A stretch of DNA of 64,000 bases from Candidatus Bathyarchaeota archaeon (GCA_963714275.1 CAVQNT010000006.1:32001-96000), one strand, 5' to 3'. Positions 10,814-21,713 are shown, numbered from the stretch's first letter. Notes: generated from the letters alone by a model not told the origin. Numbers and translations are program-made.

Positions 10814-12067
10814 CTATTGTCGGATGTTTCCTCTTCCTAAACCAAAATACTTAATCGTTGTCAAGTGCTGGACGCTCATTGGTCCACGCGCATGTATTTT
10901 TTGGGTGCTTATGCCGATTTCAGCGCCTAGACCGTACTGGCTGCCATCCGTAAACCGGGTTGAAGCGTTCCAGTAGACAGACTGCAGCGTCTACGCGTCG
11001 GATGAACGTTAATGCTTTATTGAAGTCCGATGTAAGGATGGATTCGGAATGTTTGGTTCCATACGTGTTTATATGGGATATAGCTTCTTCGAGCCCCGCG
11101 ACAACTTTGACGCCAATGATGAGGTCCAAGTATTCTGTGTACCAGTCTTCCTCGGTTGCTGGCACAGCATCCGCCACTATCCTGCAAGTTTCTTCGCATC
11201 CTCTGACCTCAACACCGTGGTCTCGGAGCGACTTCACAATCTTTGGCAGAAATAACTCAGCGACATTTCTATGCACTAATAGTTTTTCTGTTGCGTTGCA
11301 GACCCCGGGTCTCTGGCACTTGGCATTGATGATTATGTCGACTGCACGGATTAAGTCTGCGTCATCCTCAACATAAATGTGGCAGTTACCCACCCCAGTC
11401 TCAATAACTGGCACTTTGGAATTTTCAACCACAGCCTTGATCAGGTCCGCTCCGCCTCTGGGAATCAGCACGTCCACGTAGTCCCGCATCGTCATCAGCT
11501 GCGTCAGCTACACTTCTATCTGTAACAGGAATAACCTGAATAGCCCCTTCAGGAATCCCCGATTCAACAGCTGCCTTATTGAGCACCTTCCCTATCATGA
11601 CATTTGAATTAATGGCGTCAGACCCGCCCCTAAGTATCACAGCGTTACCTGATTTCAGGCAAATTCCCGAAGCATCAGATGTAACATCAGGTCTAGATTC
11701 GTAAATTATGGCTACCACGCCTAGTGGAACCCTAAGCTGACCAATGATTAGTCTGTTTGGCAGTGTCCACGTTTTCACTATTTCGCCGATTGGATCAGGA
11801 AGCTGAGCAACTTCCCGTAGGCATTTTGCCATGTTTGATATCCTTTTCTCGTTAACCAAAAGCCTGTCGAGAAGAGCTCTCTTTCACTCTTTTTTTGCGT
11901 GAGGCTTCCATGTCTTTTCTGTTCGCTTCGATTATTGCTTCAGCGTTTTTTTCTAATGCATCCGCCATATTGCATAGAGCCCTATTCTTCGTTTCGGTTG
12001 AAAGTTGCGCCAATGTACATGAGGCTTGCTTTGCCTTCTTGCACATCTTTAAAACCAGGTCAGTCAT
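10814..12067 (-). CDS. proA: Gamma-glutamyl phosphate reductase (several frameshifts)
   Basis: [56 protein letters not shown]. Confidence 0.95.
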
Positions 12068-12071
12068 GTTT

Positions 12072-13217
12072 TCAAGCTTCCTTTTCATTCAAGTGCATAC
12101 GTTTTCTTGTAACAGTCTCTTTTTGCCTAACGTAACCCAAAGCTTTCTTTACGCTCGAAGTATTCATGCCTTTTATCTGATTTATCTCGTCACTTGTATA
12201 GTTTGCTGTACCCCTTCCGAATTCGTCGCCTTCTGGACCTACGAGACTAACCACATCGCCTACTTGAAATTGCCCGGAGACCGCTTCAATTCCGACGGCC
12301 AGTAGACTTGCTCCTTTCAAAATTGCGTTCCTAGCCCCTTCATTAACGTGGATTTGACCCTTAACTCCTGCACCATAGCCTATCCACCGTTTTATACCCG
12401 GAAGACCTTTATTGTCAGGTATGAAGAGTGTGCCGACATTTTTTCCGTCAAGAATATCGAAAAGAATGTTTGGTCTACGACTATTAGCGATTATAAGGGG
12501 GATGCCGCTACGCATTGCGATTTCAGCTGCCTCGAGCGTTGTTTTCATACCGCCTCTTCCAAGACGGCTTTTACCTTCCGTGGCATTCCTTATTTCAGGC
12601 GTAATTTTCTCTACAACCGGAATCAATTTAGATTCAGGTTTTTCTGGGTTGCTGCTGTAAAGACCATCTACTGTTGTAAGAATAATCACAAGGTCAGCTT
12701 CAACAGCATTCGCTATTAAAGCTGAGAGTATAGAATTGTCGCTGAAGTTAACCTTGTATCCCTTCATAACCGGGATAATTTCGTTAACAGAAGTCACGTC
12801 GTTCTCATTAATAATTGGAACAACGCCGATCTGAAGCAGCCTGTCGAGAACATTGCAGGTGTGAATGTATGAAATCCGGTTAGAAAGGTCATTCTCGGTC
12901 AACAGAACCTGTGCTACCTTTAATCCATGATGCCTGAAAAATTCCCTGTAATGCGACATGAGAATACTTTGACCTGTGGCAGCGCACGCCTGCCTGAAAA
13001 TGATGTCTTTCGGGTTGGGTCGTACGCCCAATTCAGCGATTCCTGACGCTATTGCACCTGAGGTCACGAGTATGACCTTGTTTCCTTGCTGAATGATTTT
13101 TGCGATGTCATCAACAAGTCGCTTCACCTCTACAATGTCTAGGCTTCCGTCTTCTTTTGTGAGGCTTCTTGTTCCAACCTTGATGACAACCAATTTTCCA
13201 GTCATTATGTGTTGCAC
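12072..13217 (-). CDS. proB: Glutamate 5-kinase with PUA domain
   Basis: VIKVGT, VTSGAIASG, PIINEND, GRGGMKT, C-terminal PUA domain; adjacent to proA. Confidence 0.95.
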   Translation of the reverse strand: MQHIMTGKLVVIKVGTRSLTKEDGSLDIVEVKRLVDDIAKIIQQGNKVILVTSGAIASGIAELGVRPNPKDIIFRQACAATGQSILMSHYREFFRHHGLKVAQVLLTENDLSNRISYIHTCNVLDRLLQIGVVPIINENDVTSVNEIIPVMKGYKVNFSDNSILSALIANAVEADLVIILTTVDGLYSSNPEKPESKLIPVVEKITPEIRNATEGKSRLGRGGMKTTLEAAEIAMRSGIPLIIANSRRPNILFDILDGKNVGTLFIPDNKGLPGIKRWIGYGAGVKGQIHVNEGARNAILKGASLLAVGIEAVSGQFQVGDVVSLVGPEGDEFGRGTANYTSDEINQIKGMNTSSVKKALGYVRQKETVTRKRMHLNEKEA

Positions 13218-13298
13218 CCAAATCCCTAAGGAATGAGAAGACTTTTAATCTTTTTTATAACCTTATTCGAAAGATTTCATTGACTGGTTCAGGAGTAT

Positions 13299-13321
13299 TT
13301 GTTGATGCTTTTGTATCCATT
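13299..13321 (+). repeat. Copy 3 of the repeat (23 bp), upstream of the tyrosine recombinase
   Basis: TTGTTGATGCTTTTGTATCCATT. Confidence 0.92.
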
Positions 13322-13501
13322 CATATAAATTTTTACCAGTCACCATTTTGCGATAAATCTGCAATCGCAAATGGCTCATAAATATGACCGAAAACGCCAT
13401 AAATTCCGAATCACCAGAAAAAGAGACTTGAAATCCGAATATTTTTTTCCTTTTATATCAATAATAGGTAAAATATATAATGCCAATCAACGTATTCTTC
13501 G

Positions 13502-14077
13502 GTGATTAAATTGCCTTGGTATAGGACATCTGGAAAACTGATGACTCCAATATCTGATGAAGATTTCATAAATGTTATGACTGATGGTTATTTTGTAAAA
13601 AGAAAACATAAAGGATTCATAGCCCTTCTCTACTATTCTGCTGTTAGAAAAAGAGAGGCTTTGAGAGCCAAAAAAGATCAATTTAGGATTCTTAATGATC
13701 GAGTAATTTTCGAAGTCGGAAAAAGATTGAAACATGGCTTACAGACTCCACCTTTGAATATTCCTCTATCTGCTCCTTACGTTGATGAAATAGCTTGGAG
13801 TATCATGAACACAGAACCGAATCATGCAGTATGGCCTTATAGTTCAAAAACGGCTTACAACATTGTTAGAAGAATTTTTCCCGGATATCCCCATTATTTT
13901 CGTCTTAACCGTATAACCACCTTTTTTGAAGAAGGTTGGACCATTGCCCAAGTTAGAACATGGACAGGATTAAGTTTGAACGCATTAGAATTTTATGTTG
14001 GATTAGTGGATGTCAAAAGAATGGGCGAATCTCTTGGGAGGAAGTACAAAGAAGCTTCTGCAAATGAGAAAAAATGA
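13502..14077 (+). CDS. Small tyrosine recombinase (catalytic domain only)
   Basis: YYSAVRKREAL (Arg I), RLK (Lys), YPHYFRLNR (HxxR), WTGL...EFY (Tyr nucleophile). Confidence 0.8.
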   Translation: MIKLPWYRTSGKLMTPISDEDFINVMTDGYFVKRKHKGFIALLYYSAVRKREALRAKKDQFRILNDRVIFEVGKRLKHGLQTPPLNIPLSAPYVDEIAWSIMNTEPNHAVWPYSSKTAYNIVRRIFPGYPHYFRLNRITTFFEEGWTIAQVRTWTGLSLNALEFYVGLVDVKRMGESLGRKYKEASANEKK

Positions 14078-14289
14078 GGAAGAATGGTTAATGGCTGATT
14101 ACTTTTACTCAATAATAAAACATTAAGGTACATTGGTGAAATGAAACGTTAATATAATATTAATATCACCAATGTCACCCAATTGTCTAAATAGGCATTT
14201 GTAAAGACGAGTTTATGCATAGTTTTGCCTAGATCTGATGCATAGAAGTAACCAATCGATTGTTGTTTCGACATTCTGATTCGAGTTTT

Positions 14290-14309
14290 TGGATACAAAA
14301 GCATCAACA
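14290..14309 (-). repeat. Copy 4 of the repeat (reverse orientation), downstream of the recombinase
   Basis: TGGATACAAAAGCATCAACA, the reverse complement of 13300-13319 (20 bp exact). Confidence 0.92.
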
Positions 14310-14422
14310 TAGCGCATGGTGATATGTTGATTTTCTTTTTTTCTATTTCTTTTCAGTTGAGTTAGTGATTCAATACTTATTTACTGGTAATCTTGTCTTA
14401 TTGTCTAAAGGTGTCATTAAAG

Positions 14423-15228
14423 ATGAAAACTGGAGAATGGTTTAAAACAAGACGCGTAAGCAGCGGAACAATAGCAATAGATGATCACGGTTCCGATGTA
14501 ATGTACCTCATCACCGGAGACAAGAAATGCCTTCTTATAGATACTGGTTGGGGGATTGGCGATCTTCCTAAGTTAATATCCTCGTTTTCATCTTTGCCCT
14601 TAACGGTAATGAATACTCATGGTCACCCAGACCACACATACGGGAACAGTGTATTCAATCAAGTTCGCATACACGAGGCTGACAAATATTTCATCGACAA
14701 GCCTTCAAGTGCTGAATCAAAAAAGTGGATCGTGGAAAACGTTCTACCGAAACCGTTACCCAAAAACTTTACCCCAGACACGTGGGCTGCAAAAGTACCT
14801 TCCATACAAACAATTAAGGATAGTCATGTCTTCGATTTAGGCAATCGTCATTTGCAAACTGTTTGTGTTCCCGGCCATACACCGGCTCAATCTGCTTGCT
14901 AGATCGTGAAAATCGGTTATTGTTCACGGGCGACACAATTCAGAATCCAACTTGGCTTCACCTGCAGGAATCGCTTCCTCTCAGCCAGTTTCACAAGAAC
15001 CTGAAGCAGCTGCAATCCAAAATGGACGAGGTTGACTGCTTTCTACCTGGGCATGCAAATCTGAAGACGTTACCGTTACCAAAACAGAATATTAATGAGC
15101 TTGTGGCGGGTATCGAGCAAATTCTAAAAGGAAAACTTGTGGGACGAGAAGAAAAAACGTTCGCAGGCGATGGGTTACGCTGCGATTTTGGCTCAACGGG
15201 TATTGTCTACCGACCCAATCATCTATAA
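14423..15228 (+). CDS. Metallo-beta-lactamase-fold hydrolase (frameshift near 14885)
   Basis: LLIDTG, NTHGHPDH, PGHT / GSICLLD, LFTGD, LPGH. Confidence 0.88.
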
Positions 15229-15369
15229 TTGTTCACTACCGTTTACTTTGACTAATTCAAAGGCTATGATATCGGTTTGCATCACTATAATTATAATAAA
15301 GGTAACTGAGTCAAATTTGGACAGGTGTTGGTTATTTTTTTCTTTTAACCTTCATTCTATTTTCCAGTT

Positions 15370-16296
15370 TCATTTTGGACGAAGGAAGACATGTTTGTTA
15401 TAGATTTTTATTATCTTATCAAAGGTTTGGTTAGGAGTCTGGGTGAGTGAAGCGACACGATCAAGAATCTCCGTTTGAAGGTTATTAAGCTGGTAATCAG
15501 GGTTCATTATTTTCCATAAGTTCCAAGGGATTCCAACTAAGTATGGCACTGTTTCAAATTTGTTCAGAGAGGCTAAATCTCTCACAAGGTTTCCTCGTAT
15601 GAACCACAGCCCATGTATATTACTTAACCCAAATCTTTGCGGATCATAACCCTCATTTCTACACATGTCCCATGCTTTTCCAGCTACAATGAACTCATTC
15701 TCCGGGATGTCGCAAGTATCAAAGTTGATATGCAGACAATCTCTCTGGAACTCGTCAATCTGAGGGTCCACCTTAATCCATCTCTTCTGTTCTGCACACC
15801 AATATTCACATATCCAGTGATCCTCAAAATAATATGGTGGCGAAAAATATTTTGCGAAGCCACATCGGGCGCGAGCTGGGACTCCTTTTTGCCTAAAGAT
15901 GGAACATAGGACAATACTGAAGTCCCTGCAACAGCCAATAGAGCGTTTCTCAAAAGACCTTTCTTTTGTAAAGGATCGACTGTCCAGTTCTAGGATTATT
16001 TTGATTCTATCCTTTACGAGGAATAGTTTCAACTCTTTCTGCACACGTATCTTTTCTACATCTATCCTATATCTTGTCAGCCACATATCATGGATGATTA
16101 GGTCTTGTACTATTTTACATATAGTTAGAATATCCATTGGCAATTCTTTGAAGAGAGATCCATATTGGCCCGGATCAGTAATTTCTCCGTGTGAAGAATA
16201 GTATTCCAACGCTTTCATATTTTGGCTTGTTTTCATGATGTGTCTCCATTTAAGAATCGATACTCCTTTGGAATAAAAAATTCTGTCATACATCAA
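15370..16296 (-). CDS. Transglutaminase-like superfamily protein
   Basis: GCCRDF, ARARCGFAKYF, EDHWICEYW, WIKVD (Cys-His-Asp triad). Confidence 0.85.
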   Translation of the reverse strand: MMYDRIFYSKGVSILKWRHIMKTSQNMKALEYYSSHGEITDPGQYGSLFKELPMDILTICKIVQDLIIHDMWLTRYRIDVEKIRVQKELKLFLVKDRIKIILELDSRSFTKERSFEKRSIGCCRDFSIVLCSIFRQKGVPARARCGFAKYFSPPYYFEDHWICEYWCAEQKRWIKVDPQIDEFQRDCLHINFDTCDIPENEFIVAGKAWDMCRNEGYDPQRFGLSNIHGLWFIRGNLVRDLASLNKFETVPYLVGIPWNLWKIMNPDYQLNNLQTEILDRVASLTQTPNQTFDKIIKIYNKHVFLRPK

Positions 16297-16318
16297 GTAG
16301 AATGTATGTTATATGCTT

Positions 16319-17359
16319 TTACAATGTTATCTGGATTTTCATGGGATTTCCTGTTTTATTGATGTTGACTTCGAATGCTTCATTAATTTGTTCAAGCGAA
16401 AAAACGTTCGTAACAAATGGTTTCACGACAGACTTTACCCGAGGATACAGCTTTTATCGCTGCGGGAAACACGTTTGCATAACGATGTATACCTTGGATT
16501 CTAAGTTCTTTGGAGATAACCTTGTTGAGAGGCATTTATACATCCTTTGGTGGGTAGCCAACGAGAACAATTCTACCTCCAGGTCTTACTATATCTATGG
16601 ACTGTTGGATTGCTGATGATGCGCCAGAAGCCTCAATAACGATGTCGATGCCTTTGTTGTCTGTGAGCTCCATGATTTTTTCCATAATATTTTCTTTCGC
16701 TGTGTTGATGACTTCATTTGCTCCGAACTTTTTTGCGTATTCAAGCCTGTAGTCAACGACATCGGTAACAAATATTTCAGGAACACCATAAGTCTTTGCA
16801 CTTGAAGCGCCATTTGCCCAATCGGTCCTGCTCCTAACACTGCCACGATGTCTTGAGCCATAACCTCACCCATTTTTGTTGCCATCATACCGACTGCCAA
16901 GGGTTCAATCATCGCGCCTTCCTCATACGACATTTCATCTGGCATAACGTAAACATTCTGTTCGGGCGCAGAGATATATTCAGCAAAAGCTCCGTCGTAA
17001 GGTGGGGCAGCGTAGAACTTGACCTCTCTGCAAAGGTTATATCTTCCTGTTTTACAATATTCGCATTTTCCGCACGTGAAACCAGGTTCAATGACTACTC
17101 TTTGCCCAATCTTGAGGTTTTTTACTTCATCACCTATTTCCATTATTTCTCCTGCACATTCGTGTCCAAGAATTAAGGGTTTTTTAACTATGAACGAGGC
17201 GATGGAGCCTTCTAGATAGAAATGTATATCGGATCCGCAGACACCTACTCGCTTCATTTTCACGAGTACTTCATTAGAATCAATCTGAGGGATGGAAACT
17301 TCTTCGACACGCAGATCTAGAGGTTTATGTAATACAGCGGCTTTCATTTTTCCCTTCAT
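16319..17359 (-). CDS. Zn-dependent polyol (sorbitol/xylitol-type) dehydrogenase (frameshifted)
   Basis: GVCGSDIH, GHE, CGKCEYC...C, IEPLAVG, GAGPIG. Confidence 0.88.
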
Positions 17360-17501
17360 GTTTTATTCGCCTTCGACTTTCATGAAATGAATTAAATATT
17401 AAGTCTTTTACGCATATAGACTTAAAATATCATTGGCTTTTCGATGTTATCGGCACATTTATATTCACTTATTGTTATTAACTGATGAATTCAGGTTGTG
17501 A

Positions 17502-18156
17502 ATGTCATTGCAATTTAGCTTACAAAGGTTGCGTTCGGTATTCGTTCTACCCATAATAATCTTTTTGCTCATAGTTCCCATCTCGGTTCTTGCTTGTTTC
17601 GGTATTATATATTTTACGTTCACATCCCACCAAAGAGGCGATTTTCTTTGGTTCGAAAACCAGTATATGGAGCTTGAGTTTCCAGAAAATTGGTTCGGGA
17701 GCTCCGTTAGAATATGTTAATTCGACATCTGGGAATACTTATAGTGCCGTTTTCATCGCACCAAACGTTTTTTTAGCCATCGGAATAACGATCTACGATA
17801 GATCGGCAACTCAGACTTATATTGACAAATATAATTTGACAAACACTCGCGCTATTCTAGTTTTTGAGTCAAACAGAACATACCATAACATCCTTGAATC
17901 CAACAGTAACGCGACCCTAGAAATGGTTGAAAATGGCACAAGATCAGTAGCTGGCTATGAAGCTGACTATTCAATTTACATCATTAGAAACAGCTATGTT
18001 GAAAATAACGTGACAAAAAACATTTCCTATTTGACAATATTCTATAATGCTAATGGACAACTGGTGCAAATTGCTTACTGGGGAAATGAAGAAGTCTTTG
18101 AACAGTCACGTCAAACATTCGAAACGGTCTTAACCCAAATGAGTGTGAAAACATGA
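17502..18156 (+). CDS. Membrane-anchored extracellular protein, PsbP-like (frameshift near 17700)
   Basis: N-terminal TM, then MELEFPENW; N-rich extracellular domain. Confidence 0.45.
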
Positions 18157-18662
18157 AAAAAGATACGTCTGAACATGGCTCTTATGAACGAATGGATCTG
18201 GTCCACATATTAATAGGTGGAGGCATATCCTTCGGAATAACGGTCCTCCTTATCGACATCGTCCAAAATCTACTTCAGCAAATCCTTTACAATCTAGGCA
18301 TGGCAGGAGTCGTATTCTTCATAGATTACTACCAATTTGCCCGAGGACTGTTTGTGTTCGGACTGGTCTATTTAACCAGCGGCTTCAGTGGCGGACTCTA
18401 CACAGGATACAATGTATACATAAACTTGAGAAGGACTCTATTCTTTCCCGCCGTGATTAGTACTGTAGGCTTCATTTTATTAGCAACGATTTTTGCCAAC
18501 TACCCCATTACGCCTCAGTTTACGGGTTTAATGGTTCTTCAGTTCGCTGGAAGCTTATTAGGTTCATATTTAGGTGGATACGCGATAAACTGGACATTAT
18601 TACACGAGAAACAAGAATCTCCGAACAAGTTAACGCTTGAAATTCGTAAAAAAGCTAGTTAA
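18153..18662 (+). CDS. Hypothetical 4-TM membrane protein
   Basis: Hydrophobic ORF; ATGA overlap with the preceding gene. Confidence 0.6.
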   Translation: MKKDTSEHGSYERMDLVHILIGGGISFGITVLLIDIVQNLLQQILYNLGMAGVVFFIDYYQFARGLFVFGLVYLTSGFSGGLYTGYNVYINLRRTLFFPAVISTVGFILLATIFANYPITPQFTGLMVLQFAGSLLGSYLGGYAINWTLLHEKQESPNKLTLEIRKKAS

Positions 18663-18676
18663 AAGTAATGTGATTG

Positions 18677-20059
18677 TTAAAGAACAATCATTATCGTAAC
18701 ATCATTAACATTGGTGCCCGTCGGACCTGTGTAAATAAGTCCACCAACACGGGAAAAGAACTCAAATGAATCATTGTTTTTCATAAACATTCCTGCATCT
18801 AGCATAAGTTCCCTAGAATACCTCAATGTTTCGCCATCAACAAGAGCTCCCGCGGCATCAGTTGGTCCGTCAACCCCGTCCGTACTTATTGAAGCTATTA
18901 CGACTTTGTCTAATCCCTCAATCTTTAATGCTGCAGCCAAGGCAAGCTCTTGATTCCGTCCTCCTTTACCCTTTCCGGTAACTGTGACGGTTGTTTCGCC
19001 GCCGACCACTATTCCAACTGGTGGAGGTAATGGATTACATGAAGTCAGAACTTCCTTTGTTAATGCGCTGAGTGTTGTTCCAACTTCTCTTGCTTCACCT
19101 TCCATGAAAGATGAAAGAAACATTGTGTTAAGTCCAGACTTTTTCATTGCTTTTACTGCAGCTTGGCACGCAAGACGATTGTTGCCTATGACAACATTGT
19201 AAACTTTTTTAAAGATTGGATCGTCTTTTTTCGGGGTCTCTTCAATTAATCCCTTTTTTCCTTCTGAAAGAACCTTTTTTACAGAAACCGGGACTTTCTC
19301 CAACAGATCATACCTTTTTAGAATTCTATTTGCATCTTCGAAGGATGATGAATCGGGAACGGTTGGACCTGAGGCTATCACATCCAGGGGGTCGCCGAGG
19401 ACGTCTGATAACAGAAGCCCTAGAACTGTCGCTGGATAAGCTGCTTTTGCGAGTTGTCCGCCTTTGAAGGCTGAGATGTGTTTTCGTACGGTGTTTATCT
19501 CGTTTATCGTGGCTCCGCACTTTAAAAGTAAGTTTGTCACTTTCTGTTTGTCCTCAAGAAGAATGCCTGTTCTTGGTAGAGCCATCAAGCTTGAACCTCC
19601 GCCTGAAATCAAACAAATAACCAAATCATCCTCTTGGGCGTGACTGACCAAGTTTACGATTTTTCTGGCTCCTTCGACGCTGCTGTTGTCCGGTATAGGG
19701 TGACTAGCTTCATGGATGGCGGTCTTTTTTGTTTTGTACTTACCAGAGGTTCCCTTCGGAACAACTATTAGACCATTTTTTATTCGGTCTCCGAGGATTT
19801 CCTCTAAGGCTTCTGCCATGAAACCGCTGGCTTTACCTCCGCCGACAATAAGTATGTTATTGAAAGATGATAAGTCAAACGATTTTTCGCCTACAATCAA
19901 TGTCTCATTCGTCAATTGCAATTGGGACTTTACAACTTTTTTGGGCTCAACCTCACCAAGTAACGCTTCAATGGCATCCAAAACAATTTCTCTCACTTTC
20001 CTGTTTGTGGATGAGAAAGCGTTGTCTAATAATTCTTGCTTGTTCAACACCTTTACCAT
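18677..20059 (-). CDS. Glycerate 2-kinase (MOFRL family)
   Basis: GGGKAS, ASHPIPD, LISGGGSSL, VRKHIS, GGETTV, GGRNQE, TDGVDG, TGTNVND. Confidence 0.93.
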   Translation of the reverse strand: MVKVLNKQELLDNAFSSTNRKVREIVLDAIEALLGEVEPKKVVKSQLQLTNETLIVGEKSFDLSSFNNILIVGGGKASGFMAEALEEILGDRIKNGLIVVPKGTSGKYKTKKTAIHEASHPIPDNSSVEGARKIVNLVSHAQEDDLVICLISGGGSSLMALPRTGILLEDKQKVTNLLLKCGATINEINTVRKHISAFKGGQLAKAAYPATVLGLLLSDVLGDPLDVIASGPTVPDSSSFEDANRILKRYDLLEKVPVSVKKVLSEGKKGLIEETPKKDDPIFKKVYNVVIGNNRLACQAAVKAMKKSGLNTMFLSSFMEGEAREVGTTLSALTKEVLTSCNPLPPPVGIVVGGETTVTVTGKGKGGRNQELALAAALKIEGLDKVVIASISTDGVDGPTDAAGALVDGETLRYSRELMLDAGMFMKNNDSFEFFSRVGGLIYTGPTGTNVNDVTIMIVL

Positions 20060-20518
20060 GCGTTTCTTTCCTCACTAAAAATTATTAATCGCCTTTATTG
20101 TTGAATTGTAAGCCGTGACACACAATTTCTGGCATACATATAGCATGTATTTATGTTTTTTGAGCCTATACGATTTTTTAATATTTTCGCGATTTCACAA
20201 TCATTGTTTTGAGTGTTTTGGTTGAAAATGGACATTTAAAATGTCTTAAATAATCATTAATCGAAATATCCCTTTTTTCAGTCTTTTTTGGACCAAATTT
20301 ATATTCATTGCACACCATGGATTCTTTTTTGGATTTTTTTATAAATCGGATGCTTTTTTTCAACAGTATACTATGTATTAATAGTTTATTTTTAGAAAAT
20401 ATAAAAGTTCTTTAATGATTTGGTCATTAAAAACATCCATAATCCAAACCTGTATAGCAATTTTAGGATATGATTTTAAGGATAAATTTTGTATCCAAAT
20501 TTTTTAATTAACAGTTTA

Positions 20519-21628
20519 TTATTCAATCATCATCGAATATTGTTCTTCGTAGTCTGCAACTACATTAATTTGGCCACGAATTTCCTTATCCAGTAAGGGA
20601 TCACCAGAGTCTACTCTAAGATTTTTCAGTTCCCCGAGCTTACTTTTTGTAGCAATAATAATGATGTTTTTTGTTCCAACTTTCCTGATAACAGATGAAC
20701 TGATCTGCTGGTTTCCTCTGCCAAAAATGAACCCTTGCCCTCCTATCGGCGTCACGACAATCTTTACATTTCTGTTTTGTATTCTTTTCAGGATTTCATT
20801 CTCGTTCACATCATAGGCTATAATCTTTCTATTACAGAGTAGGTCTACCCCGAGAAGTGTCTTTTTTTCCTCAAGCAAATCAGTAATGGTCCGAGTGGTC
20901 GTTCCTGGACCAACAATGTATATAACATCGGGAACTATGATTTTTTCAATAAAGTATACAGTTATTGCAGCTTGGTTCCGAAGCTCATCCTCAGTGATCG
21001 GGCTGGCAACTTTTATGCTTTGAACCAAATTTGGCTCGTAAGGGGTGAGGACATAACCGTAAAGCCTCGCTGAGACGCGACCACTTCGGAAAGCTTCCTC
21101 ATCAACATCCATAACCTCGGCTTCTCTCAAAGGAAGCCTCTCGAAAAGAAAACGGGATGTTATACTGGCTGCTGATTCAGGATTAAATGCGAACACTGCG
21201 CTGTGCATTTTTACACCTGTTGGTACACCTAAAACTGGAAGATGGGCGTCGACAGCGTCCATTATGTTTCTGGCTGTTCCGTCTCCTCCGCAGAAGACAA
21301 ACAAGTCCACGCCTTCATCCAACATTTCCCTTGCTGCATTCTTTGTGTCTATAGCGCTTGTCTCATCTTTTACTTCACCAAAAATACCACATGTGAATCC
21401 TATGTTTTGAGCTTCGGAAGCTCCCATCATACCCGCAGCAGCCATAATTTGGATTTCGTTTTTCAATGGCTTTAAAAAAGAAAGAAACAATTCAGCTCTT
21501 TTAGGCGCTATCAGTTTTGCGCCGAGAGTTCTAGCTTTATTAAGAATTTCCCTGCCATCGGTTCCTTTCAAACCGACAGCTCCGCCCATGCCTGCAATGG
21601 GATTGACGATTAAACCAAGTTTTTTCAT
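20519..21628 (-). CDS. ATP-NAD kinase family protein (AcoX-like)
   Basis: VNPIAGMGGAVGLKGTDG, GGDGTAR, GVKMHS, GQGFIFGRGNQQ. Confidence 0.88.
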   Translation of the reverse strand: MKKLGLIVNPIAGMGGAVGLKGTDGREILNKARTLGAKLIAPKRAELFLSFLKPLKNEIQIMAAAGMMGASEAQNIGFTCGIFGEVKDETSAIDTKNAAREMLDEGVDLFVFCGGDGTARNIMDAVDAHLPVLGVPTGVKMHSAVFAFNPESAASITSRFLFERLPLREAEVMDVDEEAFRSGRVSARLYGYVLTPYEPNLVQSIKVASPITEDELRNQAAITVYFIEKIIVPDVIYIVGPGTTTRTITDLLEEKKTLLGVDLLCNRKIIAYDVNENEILKRIQNRNVKIVVTPIGGQGFIFGRGNQQISSSVIRKVGTKNIIIIATKSKLGELKNLRVDSGDPLLDKEIRGQINVVADYEEQYSMMIE

Positions 21629-21713
21629 GTTTTTCCCTTGTGAACGTTTAACTGGTTCTAGGAATCATGATGTTTATTAGCCTTTTTTATAATATTTGTG
21701 AACGATTATTGAG

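Noticed and set aside
6883-14309. The 18-bp repeats as a CRISPR array or integron attC array
   Set aside because: Spacing is 1-3 kb with mixed orientation and no cas genes; no attC-like long hairpins were seen and the recombinase lacks the IntI-specific insertion
20480-20497. GGATAAATTTTGTATCCA as a fifth copy of the repeat
   Set aside because: Only the right 11 bp match, in very AT-rich DNA; possibly a degenerate half-site but not supportable
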